From NCBI RefSeq assembly GCF_963921235.1, contig NC_086097.1:117182001-117246000 (forward strand): 64,000 bases of DNA, read 5' to 3'. Positions 13,101 to 24,696 of this stretch are shown piece after piece. Made by a program: the position numbers and the translations under genes. A model generated the notes under the pieces. It searched no databases, had not been told where the DNA came from, and was given only the letters and a program-made list of their open reading frames with translations. This DNA comes from Mobula hypostoma (Eukaryota). Numbering within the stretch: the stretch's first letter is position 1; each line of letters starts with the position of its first letter.

Positions 13101-15250
13101 AAGAATATTTGTCCCCCTCCAGTTCAGATGGAAACCGTCCCGCCGGAACAGGTCCCACCTTCCCTGGAAAACTGCCCAATTATCTATAAATCTGAAATCC
13201 TCCCTCCTGCACCATGTCTTAAGCCACGTGTTCATTTGTGCTATCTTACTATTTCTAAACCCGCCTGCACGTGGCACTGGTAGCAATCCTGAGATTGCTA
13301 ACCTGGAGATCCTGTCCTTTAACTTGGTGCCTAACTCTCGAAGCTCAACTTTCAGGACCTTCTCACTCTTCCTACCAACGTCATTGGTCCCTACATGGAC
13401 CACGACATTCGGTTGCGCACCCTCCCTCTTGAGAATACCGAGAACTCGATCCGAGATATCGCGGACCTTAGCACCAGGGAGGCAACAGACCATCCAGGAT
13501 TCTCGATCTCTTCCACAGAATCTCTTGTCTGTCCCCCTAATTATCGAATCCACTATCACTACTGCTCTCCTCTTTTCCCTCCTTCCCTTCTAAGCTGAGG
13601 GTACCGTCTCGGTGCCAGAGACGCAACCACTGCAACTTGTCCCTGGTAGGTTGTCCCCATCAACAGTATCCAAAACGATGTACTTATTATTGATGGGAAC
13701 AGCCACGGGGGTGCTCTGCTCATTCTGTCTGTTCCCCTTCCCTCTCCTGACAGTCACCCAGCTACCTGTCTCCTGACCCTTAGGGGTGACTATCTCCCTG
13801 TAACTCCTGTTTATTTCTGCCTCTGCCTTCCGAATGACCCGAAGTTCATCTAGCTCCAGCTCCAGTTCCCTAACTCGGTTTGTCAGGAGCTGTAGCTGGA
13901 TGCACCTTTTACAGGTGTAGTCATCAGGTCTACAAGCTTTCACTATTTGTGAGCCAACCTCCTCTTCCCCAGTCTCTTCAGTTCAGTTCCCACCCCCCAA
14001 CAATTCTAGTTTATACTCTCCCCAGTAGCCTTAGCAAACCTCCCCACCAGGATATTGGTCCCCCTCCGATTCAAGTGCAACCCATCCTTTATGTACAGGT
14101 CACACCTGCCCCAAAATAGATCCCAATGATCCAGAAATCTGAATCCCTGCCCCTGCTCCAATCCCTCAGTCATGCATTTATCCTCCACCTCATCCTATTC
14201 TTATACTCACTGTCAGGTGGCACAGGCAGTAATCCCGAGATTACTACCTTTGCGGTCCTGCTACTCAACTTCCTTGCTAACTCCCTGTTGTCTGTTTTCA
14301 GGACCTCTTCCCTTTTCCTACCTATGTCATTGGTACCAATATGTACCACAACCTCTGGCTGTTCTCCCTCCCACCGCAGGATATCTTGGACACAATCTGA
14401 AACATCCCGGACCCAGGCACCTGGGAGGCAAACTACCATCCGAGTTTCTTTCTTGCATCCACAGAATCGCCTGTCTGTCCCCCTCACTATAGAGTCCCCT
14501 TCACTACTGCCTATATCGGCCTTTCCCCACTCTTCTAAGCCACAGGGCCAGACTCTGAGCCAGACGCACAGCCACTGTCACTTCCCCCAGGTAGGCTGTC
14601 CCCGCCCCCCCCCCCCAGTAGTACTCAAACAGGAGTACTTATTGTCAAGAGGTACAGCCACAAGGGTACTCTCTAGTACCCGACTCTTCCCTTTCCCTCT
14701 CCTGACTGTGACCCACTTGTCTGTCTCCCATGGCCCCGGTGTGACCACCTGCCTATAACTCCTTTCTATCACCTCCTTGCTCTCCCTGACCAGGCGAAGG
14801 TCATTGAGCTGCATCTCCACTTCCCTAACTTCGTCCCTCAGGAGCTGCAGCTTGACACACCTGGTGCAGATTTGGCCGTCCGGGAGGCTGGGAGACTCCA
14901 GGACCCCCCAGATCTGACAGCGAGCACAGAAAAGTAGCCTCACACACATACTTCCTCCTTTCCACAATTAACACAGTTAAACCTACTCGCCTCGTCCTGT
15001 TACTGCCTAAGCCTGTTGAGCCAAAGCCCTACCACTCTGCTGCCTCTCACTCCGCTGCCCACTGGATACAGCGGTCCTCTTTTTAAACCTTTTGCCCTCT
15101 ACTGGCTGACATCACGTGCCTGCGCAGTCTTGCCTCTCTTTTATCCCAAGTAGTAAAAAACTCCCTTCGCTCCAAAAAACCAGCCATTCCCTCACAGCTT
15201 TCTTGCTCCGAATCACAGCCTTCTTGCTCCAAATCCCAAAAGTTGGCTCA
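7183..15250 (-). mobile_element. Near full-length degenerate CR1 LINE (5'UTR, ORF1 zinc finger plus SGNH esterase, ORF2 APE plus RT), split by a nested CR1
   Basis: ORF1 fragments CARCQIW…CTRCVKLQLL and MRGTDRRFCG…VVCLPGA…VVHIGTND…SGLLPVP. ORF2 fragments NARSVVNKADEL, YIDFSKAFDKVPH, SKFADDTK, RPHLEYCAQFWSP. (TTTCTATG)n tail at 7183-7200. Confidence 0.92.
10073..13927 (-). mobile_element. Second CR1 LINE nested in the first (partial ORF1 plus ORF2)
   Basis: ORFs 10175-11053 (YADDTK RT core), 11438-12205, 12221-12592 (APE) and 13059-13559 (SGNH esterase). (TATGGTTA)-type tail at 10073-10088. GTCTA duplicated at 10068-10072 and 13928-13932, and the host CR1 resumes after it. Confidence 0.9.
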
Positions 15251-15827
15251 TTCCCCGCTCTCTGGCCCACCACACCAGAACCATTCAGCACCTTCGAGAC
15301 TTCAGTTTACACCGCAAGGTTGTACAGACAGCTCAAGAGCTCAACTCTGAGAGGGCAGCCTTCTGGCACTGGGTGGCAGGCTGGTTATTCAACGGTGATC
15401 TTCACTATAATGGTCATTGTTAAAGGTGATTGGGTTTCCTGGATGTCAGGAAACCCAGTGGGTGAAATTAAGCTGAATCCAAGAGCTGAGTGTTTGGGTA
15501 CACATTTGTAACAGTTAGCATATTTTTTCTCCAACCCAGCAAGATTAACAGTAAACACCATTTTGTAATTATTTTCTCCCTCCCCACTCACCCATGTCGA
15601 CCAACATTAGGGAACCTCAAAATGAAACAAAATCTTCCTTCCACTTTTCTTACAATTGGGATCCAACCACAGATGGGATACTGTTAAGGGCATTATGTAC
15701 ACAGTACTAACAATAGACATGGTCTACAACTGTAAACACTCTGAACTTGGAACCCATACTTAGACCTGAGCAGTGCCCTTGTTAGACAAGTTCCCTCACC
15801 CAGCTGGCCTTTAGCCCATTAATCAGG

Positions 15828-16120
15828 CCATGGTAGCACAGGAGTTAGCATAACACTATTGCAGCGCTAGAAATTGGCATTTAATTTCCACTGCATTGTC
15901 CAAGCAGTTGTATGTTCTCCTTGTGACCACGTAAGTTTACACTGGGTGCTCTGATTTCTTCCCATGTTCCAAAGTAGCACAGCTAGGGTTAGGGTTCAGT
16001 CAGTGGTGGGCATGCTATGTTGGCACTGTAAGTGCACAATGCTCACTGATTTGATTTGATCCAAACTACACATTTCACTGCATACTTTAATAGACATGCG
16101 ACAAATAAAGCTCATCTCAT
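15828..16120 (+). mobile_element. tRNA-derived V-domain SINE, degenerate
   Basis: A-box-like ggtagcacaggagttagc. V-domain-like gtatgttctccttgtgaccacgtaagtttacactgggtgctctgatttcttcccatgttccaaag. Ends acaaataaagct. Confidence 0.65.
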
Positions 16121-18350
16121 CTTCTCGTAGAATCATTGGAAAGTACAGCTCAGAAACAACCCTTCGGCCCATCTAGTCTATGCTGAACCATTGAAGTGGT
16201 CTAGTCCCATTGACCTGCACTGGGACATGGCTCTCCAGACGCCTGCCATCCATGCACCGATCTCAACTTCTCTTAAACAGGGAAGTCAAGCTCGCATGCA
16301 CCACTTGCACTGGCAACTCCTTCCAACAAATAAACCAATACAGATAAATACATAACATTAGCTTATGTACTGTACATAGACTGGTGATGATATATGGAGT
16401 GATGCTAACTCTGCTGGCTTATCACCCAGTGCAAAATAACTATGACAAGACAGGTACCATTAGTTCCTCTTGAATAACCTAATAAGCAACAACCTATTTC
16501 TGGGTTGCTCTGCCCCTTTTCTATTCGAGCTGACCTGTCTCCCAGCCAAGATACTATTTTAAATATTTCCATTGTTCTGCATGCTCCTCTTGACTGATGA
16601 TGAGTCTGCAGCTTGGTCAGGGCTGCCATTAGTTTCCTCCTCATCTTCAGTTCACTTTATGCTCTGGAGTCCAATCAAATTAGAGTCCAAGTAGGGATCC
16701 CTTTTCAAAGTTCAATATTCAATGTAAATTTATTCTCGATGTATGTACGGTATGTACGGCACTTGAGATTCATTTTCTTGCAGGCATTTAAAAAAATTCA
16801 AAGGAATTTTATGAAAAAGCTATGTGTAAGCAGAGCACTTTCAGAGCAATGTCCTCTGTTCAAAGTATTGCACCTAACATAGAATCTGAAAACCATTGAT
16901 TGAAGTGATACAGATTCAGCACAGTACAGTATAAAATTGTTAATGGGCAAATGTAGCGTAGTTTGGGATTACAGTCAGTCAAATATGGAAAACTAACAGA
17001 TGATTCATGGCCCAGGTGCAGGTCGATGGGACAAGGAATGATTAGAGTTCTGCACAGACTAGACGGGGCGCAGGGCCTGTTTCTGTGTTGAGGGCTCTGC
17101 GGTTCTATGACTCTGCTGCATTGAGGTGTGGAACTAGACAGGGAATCAATGTAGCACCTACTTCATCTGGTCAGGCAATTCAGAAAAAGGAAACACAAAT
17201 TAAAAATTCTATGTTCTATCAAATTGCTGTTAGTCACAAATAATTTGAAGAAAAAGTCTTTACAGGTAATAATTTAATCAACTGAAGCTCTGACAGAGAA
17301 TGGTAGATTGTAGATAAAAATTGTGAAAATCATGGCAAGAAAATTAAGGGTAAAGGTGCTAAAATCTTTACTCATTTTCCTCTTGTACTTAACACACCTT
17401 ACCTGGATCCATACCACACCTCACCTGGAACCACCTGTTGCTGACCACACCTTGCTTCAGCCCTTACCTCCACTCTTGTATATTGGCCATCCCCCCTCTA
17501 TTTGTCAGTCCAGATGAAGGGACTCTACCCAAAGTATCAGCTGTCCATTTCCCTCCTGTAGGAGCCATGCATTCTGTGTTGTGCATTAATTATGTTTATT
17601 ATGGTAACTCGTCACATTAGTGGCGTCGTAAAAGCAAAGGGAATAAATTACATAGTCATGCTTACTTTGTGGCAGATTGTAGCTTGGGACTGCAGAAGTC
17701 AAATCTTACTGACTGCTGAGGTAACACTCAATAATGCCAAATTATGTGTTTGCTGCTTGCTCTCAATGGATGGAAATGGGGAAATTGACTCTTTGGAGCA
17801 ATCGCTGGAGCTATGGGCATGTCGTGCAAGTATAACAGCTCCATCCATAGCCGCAGGCTGGAGAGAATTGTTCTGTTCAGATATTGGATCAGTTTTGCTG
17901 CTACATTTCCCTAGATGCTATCTGACCTGCTGAGTTCATCCAGCGTTTTGTGTGTTGCTTCATATTCCAGCATTTGCAGTCTCTTGTGTCTCCTCTTTTA
18001 CTACACTTTCTTGTAGTCTAGCTCTTACATTCTTAATAATCTTTTTCAAGGTGTCCTCCATGCTGGGGAAACTATTGTTCATGATAGAGCTGGCTGTGTT
18101 AACAACTTCATGCAGCTTTTACCGATTCTGTTCAGTGGCCCCTCCATACCAGATGCTGGTGCATCCAGTTAGAATGCTTCCCACGGTTGGTCTGTAAAAA
18201 CCTGTGAAAGCCTTTGGTGAGATATTACCAGGTCTCCTCAAACTCCTGATGAAATATAGCCGCTGTTGTGCCTTCTTTGTAACTGCATCGTTATATTGAA
18301 CCCAGGATAGAACCTCAGAGATATTGACGCCCAGGAACTTGAAGCTGCTC

Positions 18351-21300
18351 AGCGTGTGGTGTGTCTGAAGTGATACACATACCCATTCGCCTCCTCCCTC
18401 AACTCCACCGAGGAACCCAGACAGTCCTTCCAGGTGAGACACCTCACATGCAAGTCTGTTGTATCCACTATACCGGGCACTCCCGGTGTAGTCTCCTCCA
18501 CATTGATGGGACCTGACGTAGATTGGGGGACCGCTTTGTCAAGCATCTCAGCTCCATCTGCAAAAAGTGGAGCTTTCCGGGGGCCAACAATTTCAATTTC
18601 TATCCCCAGTTCCCTTCCAATGTGTCGGTCTGTGATCTCCTCTTCTGCCACAATGAGGCCACTCTCAGGTTGGAGAGACATCACTTCATTTACTGTCTAC
18701 TTAGCCTCTATCAGGCCTGATGGCATAAGACCATAAGACCATAAGACAAAGGAGCAGAAGTCAGCCATTCGGCCCATCGAGTCTGCTCCGCCATTTTATC
18801 ATGAGCTGATCCATTCTCCCATTTAGTCCCACTCCCTCGCCTTCTCACCATAACCTTTGATGCCCTGGCTACTCAGATACCTATCAATCTCTGCCTTAAT
18901 TACACCCAATGACTTGGCCTCCACTGCTGCCCATGGCAACAAATTCTATAGATTCACCACCCTCTGTCTAAAAAAATTTCTTCGCATTTCTGTTCTGAAT
19001 GGGCGCCCTTCAATCCTTCAATCATGCTCTCTCGTACAAAACTCCCCAATCATGGGAAACAACTTTGCCACATCCACTCTGTCCATGCCTCTCAACATTC
19101 AAAATTTTTCTATGAGGTCTCCCCTCATTCTTCTAAGCTCCAAGGAATACAGTCCAAGAGCGGACAAACGTTCCTTATATGTTAACCCTCTCATTCCCGG
19201 AATCATTCTAGTGAATTTTCTCTGTACCCTCTCCAATGTCAGCAGATCCTTTCTTAAATAAGGAGACCAAAACTGCCCACAGTGCTCCAAGTGAGGTCTC
19301 ACCAGCGCCTTATAGAGCCTCAACATCACATCCCTGCTCCTATACTCTATTCCTCTAGAAATGAATGCTAACATTGCATTCGCCTTCTTCACTACTGACT
19401 CAACTTGGAGGTTAACTTTAAGGGTATCCTGTACGAGGACTCCCAAGTCCCGTTGCATCTCAGAACTTTGAATTCTTTCCCAATTTAAATAATAGTCTGC
19501 CCGTTTATTTTTTCTGCCAAAGTGCATAACCATACACTTTGCAACATTGTACTTCATTTGCCACTTCTCTGCCCATTCTTCCAGTCTATCCATGTCTCTC
19601 TGCAGACTCTCCGTTTCCTCAGTACTACTGGCCCCTCCACCTATCTTCATATCATCAGCAAACTTAGCCACAAAGCCATCTATTCCATAATCCAAATTAT
19701 TCATGTACAATGTAAAAAGAAGCGGCCCCAACACAGACCCCTGTGGAACACCACTGGTAACCGGCAGCCAGCCAGAATAGGATCCCTTTATTCCCACTCT
19801 CTGTTTCCTGCCAATCAGGCAACGCTCTATCCACGCATGTAACTTTCCCGTAATTCCATGGGCTCTTATCTTGTTAAGTAGCCTCATGTGTGGCACCTTG
19901 TCAAAGGCCTTCTGAAAATCCAAATATACAACATCCACTGCATCTTCCTTGTCTAGCCTACTGGTAATTTCCTCAAAAAATTGTAATAGGTTTGTCAGGC
20001 AGGATTTTCCTTTAAGGAATCCATGCTGAGTTCTGCCTATCTTGTCATATGCCTCCAGGTACTCAGTAACCATCATCCTTGATAATCGACTCCAACAACT
20101 TCCCAACCACCGATGTCAAGCTAACAGGTCTATAATTTCCTTTTTGCTTCCTTGCCCCCTTCTCAAATAGCGGAGTGACATTTGCAATCTTTCAGTCCTC
20201 CGAAACCACGCCAGAATCTATCGACTTTTGAAAGATCATCGCTAATGCCTTCGCAATCTCCACAGCTACTTCCTTCAGAACACGCGGGGGCATTCCATCT
20301 GGTCCGGGAGATTTATCTACCTTTAGACTCATTAGCTTCCTGAGTACTTTCTCTGTCGTAATTGTGACTGCGCACACTTCTCTTTCCTGCCACCCTTGAG
20401 TGTCCGGTATACTGCTGATGTCTTCCTCAGTGAAGACTGATGCAAAATACTCGTTCAGTTCCTCTGCCATCTCCTTCTCTCCCATTACAATTTCTCCAGC
20501 ATCATTTTCTATCGGTCTTATATCTACCCTCACCTGTCTTTTACTCTTTATATACTTGAAAAAGCTTTTAGTATCCTCTTTGATATTATTTGCTAGCTTC
20601 CTTTCGTAGTTAATTTTTTTCCCTCTTAATGACCTTCTTGGTTTCCTTTTGTAAGGTTTTAAAAACTTCCCAATCCTCTGTCTTCCCACAAATTTTGCTT
20701 CCTTGTATGCCCTCTCCTTTGCTTTAACTTCGGCTTTGACTTCTCGTCAACCACAGTTGCACCCTTTTCCCACTCGAAAATTTCTTCTTTTTTAGAATAT
20801 ATCTGTCTTGCACCTTCCTCACTTCTTGCATAAACTCCAGCCACTACTGCTCTGCTGTCTTTCCCGCCAGTGTCCCTTTCCAGTCAACTTTAGCCAGTTC
20901 CTCTCTCAGGCCACTGTAATCTCCTTTACTCCACTGAAATACCGACACATCAGATTTCGGCTTCTCTTTTTCAAATTTCACAGTGAACTCAATCATGTTA
21001 TGATCACTGCCTCCTAAGGGTTCCTTCACCTCAATCTCTCTAATCACCTCCAGTTCATTACACAATACCCAATCCAGTACAGCCGATCCCCTAGTGGGCC
21101 CAACAACAAGCTGCTCTAAAAAGCCATCTTGCAGACATTCTACAAATTCTCTCTCTTGAGATCCAGTGCCGATCTGATTTTCTCAATCCACTCACATGTT
21201 AAAATCCCCCACAATTATCATAACACTGCCCTTCTGACAAGCCTCTTCTATTTCCAGTTGTAATTTGTAGTTCACATCCCTGCAGCTGTTTGGAGGCCTA

Positions 21301-22705
21301 TAAATAACTGCCATCAGGGTCCTTTTACCCCTGCTATTTCTTAGCTCAACCCATAAAGATTCTGCACTTTCTGATCCTATATCACCTCTTTCTAATGATT
21401 TAATATCATTTCTTACCAATAAAGCCACACCTTTCCCTCTGCCTACCTTCCGATACACCGTGTATCCTTGGAAGTTCAGCTCCCAGAGACATGCATCCTT
21501 TAGCCAGGTCTCAGTGATGGCCACAATATCATACCTGCCAATCTGTAGCTGTACGACAAGATCATCCACCTTATTCCTTATGCTGCGTGCATTTAAGTAT
21601 AACACCTTAAGTCCAGTATTTGATACTTTTTGCTTTGATTTCACTGCAACTTTATTGCACTGCAACTCATTCCAATGGCTACAAATTTGCCCCACCACCT
21701 GCCTGTCTTTCCTGACATCTTTACTGCTCACTATCTTAGATTTATTTCTGTTTTCCTCTTCCTCCGCTCTGTCATTCCAGTTCCTATCACCCTGCCAAAT
21801 TAGTTTAAACCGTCCCTAACAGCTCTATTAAACTTTCCCACCAGTATATTGGTCCCCTTCGGGTTCAGGTGTAACCTGTCCTTTTTGAACAGGTCATACT
21901 TCCCCCAGAAGAGATCCCAATTATCCAAGAATCTGAAGCCCTGCCCCCTACACCAGTCTCTCAGTCACGCATTCATCTGCCTGATCCGACTATTCTTGCT
22001 AGCACGTGGCACAGGATAGCAATCCCGAGATTACTACTCTGGAGGTCCTACTTCTCAGCTTCGTTCCCAACTCCTGGGAATCTCTCTTCAGGACCTCCTC
22101 CTTTGTCCTATCTATGTCATTGGTACCAACATGTACCAAGACAACTGGCTGCTCACCCTCCCCCTTCAGAATATTCAGGACCCGATCCGAGACATCCCGT
22201 ACCCTGGCACCTGGGAGGCAACACACCATGCGGGTATCTCTGTCAGGCTCACAGAATCTACTGTCCCTTCCCCTGACTATGGAATAATTTTTCCACCTTC
22301 TAGTCATTTTCTCCCCTCTCCTTCCCCTCTTCTTCATTTCTCCACTCTAGCCTCTTACCTCTTCTCCTAACCTGTCTATCTCCTCTCACTGGTGTCCCTC
22401 CTCCTTCCCCACCTCCCATGAACCTAATCTGTTCCTATAGATCTTCTGTCAGATTCCTTTTTCTCCAACCCTTTTCCGCTTATCACCTTTCAACTTCTTG
22501 CTTCATCCTCCATTCTCCCACCCAGCCTCACTTTCTTATTCTGCCTTCTTCCCCACTCCTTTCCAGTCCTAAAGAAGGACCTTGGCCCGAAACATTGACT
22601 GTTTATTCATTTCTGTAGATGCTGCCTGACCTGCTGAGCTCCACCAGCAGTCTCTGTGTGTGTTTTTGTCTCTGAATCATCAGCATTTGCAGGATATCTG
22701 TGCTT
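18351..22705 (+). mobile_element. Penelope-like element fragment (GIY-YIG C-terminus plus pLTR), split by a CR1
   Basis: GDRFVKHLSSICK at about 18523. 3' part at 22286-22705 has a degenerate hammerhead cagtcctaaagaagg…cccgaaacattgactg. Confidence 0.7.
18725..22285 (-). mobile_element. CR1 LINE, 5'-truncated within the ORF1 esterase region
   Basis: ORF 19099-20106 is the RT (YLDFQKAFDKVPH, SGVPQGSVLGP, FADD). 21192-21731 is the APE (LNARSIRNK, VGDFN). 21999-22337 is the esterase (VHVGTND). (CATAAGAC)n tail on the + strand at 18725-18747. Confidence 0.92.
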
Positions 22706-22948
22706 ATGATTCACCTTTTCCACTGCTGGTGTGAGTTCCCTGACATCCCCATCCTGAAGTTCACAGCCCATTCCTTAGTCTTATTGATGTTGAATACAAG
22801 GTTGTTGTTGCGACACCACTCAACCAGCTGATCAATCTTGCACCAACAAGCCTCCCTTGTCACCATCTGAAATTCTGCCAATGATAGTTGTGTCATCGGC
22901 AAATTTTTGGATGGCATTTGATCTGTGCCCGGCCACAGAATTGTGGGT

Positions 22949-23880
22949 CATAGTCATAGTCAAAGTCATACTTTTTTGATCCCGGGGGAAATTGGTTTTC
23001 GTTACAGTTGCACCACAAATAATTATATAATAATAAAACCACAAATGGTTAAATAGTAATATGTAAATTATGCCAGGAAATAAATCCAGGACCAGCCTAT
23101 TGGCTCAGGGTGTCTGACCCTCCAAGGGAGGAGTTGTAAAGTTTGATGGACACAGGCAGGAATGACTTCCTATGACACTCTGTGTTGCATCTCGGTGGAG
23201 TGAGTCTCTGGCTGAATGTACTCCTGTGCCCAACTGGTACATTATATAGTGGATAGGAGACATTGTCCAAGATGGCATGCAACTTGGATAGCATCCTCTT
23301 TTCAGACACCACCGCCAGGGAGTCCAGTTCCATCTCCACAACATCACTGGCTTTACGAATGAGTTTGTTGATTCTGATGGTGTCTGCTACTCTCAGCCTG
23401 CTGCCCCAGCACACAACAGCAAACATGATAGCACTGGCCACCACAGACTCGTAGAACATCCTCAGCATCGTCCGACAGATGTTAAAGGACCTCAGTCTCC
23501 TCAGGAAATAGAGACAGCTCTGACCCTTCTTGTAGACAGCCTCAGTGTTCTTTGACCAGTCCAGTTTATTGTCAATTCGTATCCCCAGGTATTTTTAATC
23601 CTCCACCATGTCCACACTGACCCCCTGGATGGAAACAGGGGTCACCAGTGCTTTAGCTCTCCTCAGGTCTACCACCAGCTCCTTAGTCTTTTTCACGTTA
23701 AGCTGCAGATAATTCTGCTCACACCATGTGACAAAGTTTCCTACCATAGCCCTGTACTCAGCCTCATCTCCCTTGCTGATGCATCCAACTATGGCAGAGT
23801 CATCAGAAAACTTCTGAAGATGACAAGACTTTGTGCAGTAGTTCAAGTCCGAGGTGTAATTGGTGAAGAGAAAGGGTGTA
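22949..23880 (-). mobile_element. Young Rex1/Babar-type LINE, 5'-truncated, with (TGACTA)n tail
   Basis: ORFs 23097-23468 and 23595-23880 (QKFSDDSAIVGCI). Same family as the 6136 and 37070 copies. Confidence 0.85.
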
Positions 23881-24163
23881 AAGGGTGTACAGAGAGCAGA
23901 GCAGAAGACTAAGCCCATGCTTCCTTGAGGTGCGCCAGTGTTGATTGTCAGTGAGGAGGAGATGTTACTTCCAATTTGCACTGACTGTAGTTCCCCGGTG
24001 AGGAAGTCAAGGATCCAATGGAAGACGGAGGTACAGAGGCTTCTGGATAGTGAGAAAAATCTTCTGGTTAAATCCACAACATTTTATAAACACATGTTTT
24101 CGATAGTGAGTGAAAGGAATAAAATGGATTAAAAAGTAAGTCAATAACTATCTGAAAAAGAAT

Positions 24164-24600
24164 CTAGTCTTCCCAGCATATATGACAAATAAACTTCTCC
24201 GACTTCAACCTGGGTACAGTTATCGATGATAACTGACGTTTCGATGACAAACTCTGCCATCTGCTCCAGGGATGATGTCTGGCCAAGTCTAGTCCGGTGG
24301 TATTTATACCCTGGTATCCCATCCCTCCTGATTGGTTAGTCCTCATCCAATCAGGTTTTCACTCTCACACCTTGTTTACAATCAAATTCGAGTTCTTACT
24401 TAAAGTGAGAGATTTGTCTTTGTTAAAATTCTTTTCCTCTAGTTTTATTTCAATGGCTTCCTTTACCAGGTGATCTCAAAATCCAATGGCATGGCACAGT
24501 AGTTTTGTGCCGTTGAAGTCAATCCTATGGCCACTGAGAATGCAATGTTCTGTCACCGCAAATTTCTCCGTGTAACCGTCCTGTGCTCCTTGAAGCGGGC
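24164..24600 (-). mobile_element. Second PLE family: GIY-YIG C-terminus plus pLTR with degenerate hammerhead
   Basis: Minus-strand translation RFKEH…AVTEHCILSGHRIDFNGTKLL…LVKEAIEIKLEEKNFNKD. Downstream GATGGCA-GAGTT-TGTCATC-GAAACGTC (stem II plus GAAAC GUC). Confidence 0.7.
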
Positions 24601-24696
24601 CGAGACCTTTCTTCTGAATTTAGCTGCAGCGAGGGTCTTGGCCCGAAATGTCGACTGTTCTCTCTTCTCCACAGATGCTGCATGGTCTGCTGAGTT

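Larger units (their letters stand above)
18045..24045 (-). mobile_element. Old Rex1/Babar-type LINE broken into three pieces (about 18045-18350, 22710-22948, 23881-24045) by nested insertions
   Basis: Pieces read in collinear order: SFKFLGVNISE…KKAQQRLYFIRSLRR; KFADDTTIIGRIS, WCRNNNLVFNINKTKE; WILDFLTGELQSVQIG…NTGAPQG. Confidence 0.75.

Noticed and set aside
14126..14758. 210-aa plus-strand ORF (and similar ORFs at 13228, 18857, 50216, 56287)
   Set aside because: Antisense shadows of CR1 coding sequence.
15116..15687. Overlapping ORFs beyond the CR1 5' end
   Set aside because: They start in the CR1 5'UTR, have no recognisable domain and lack convincing splice sites.
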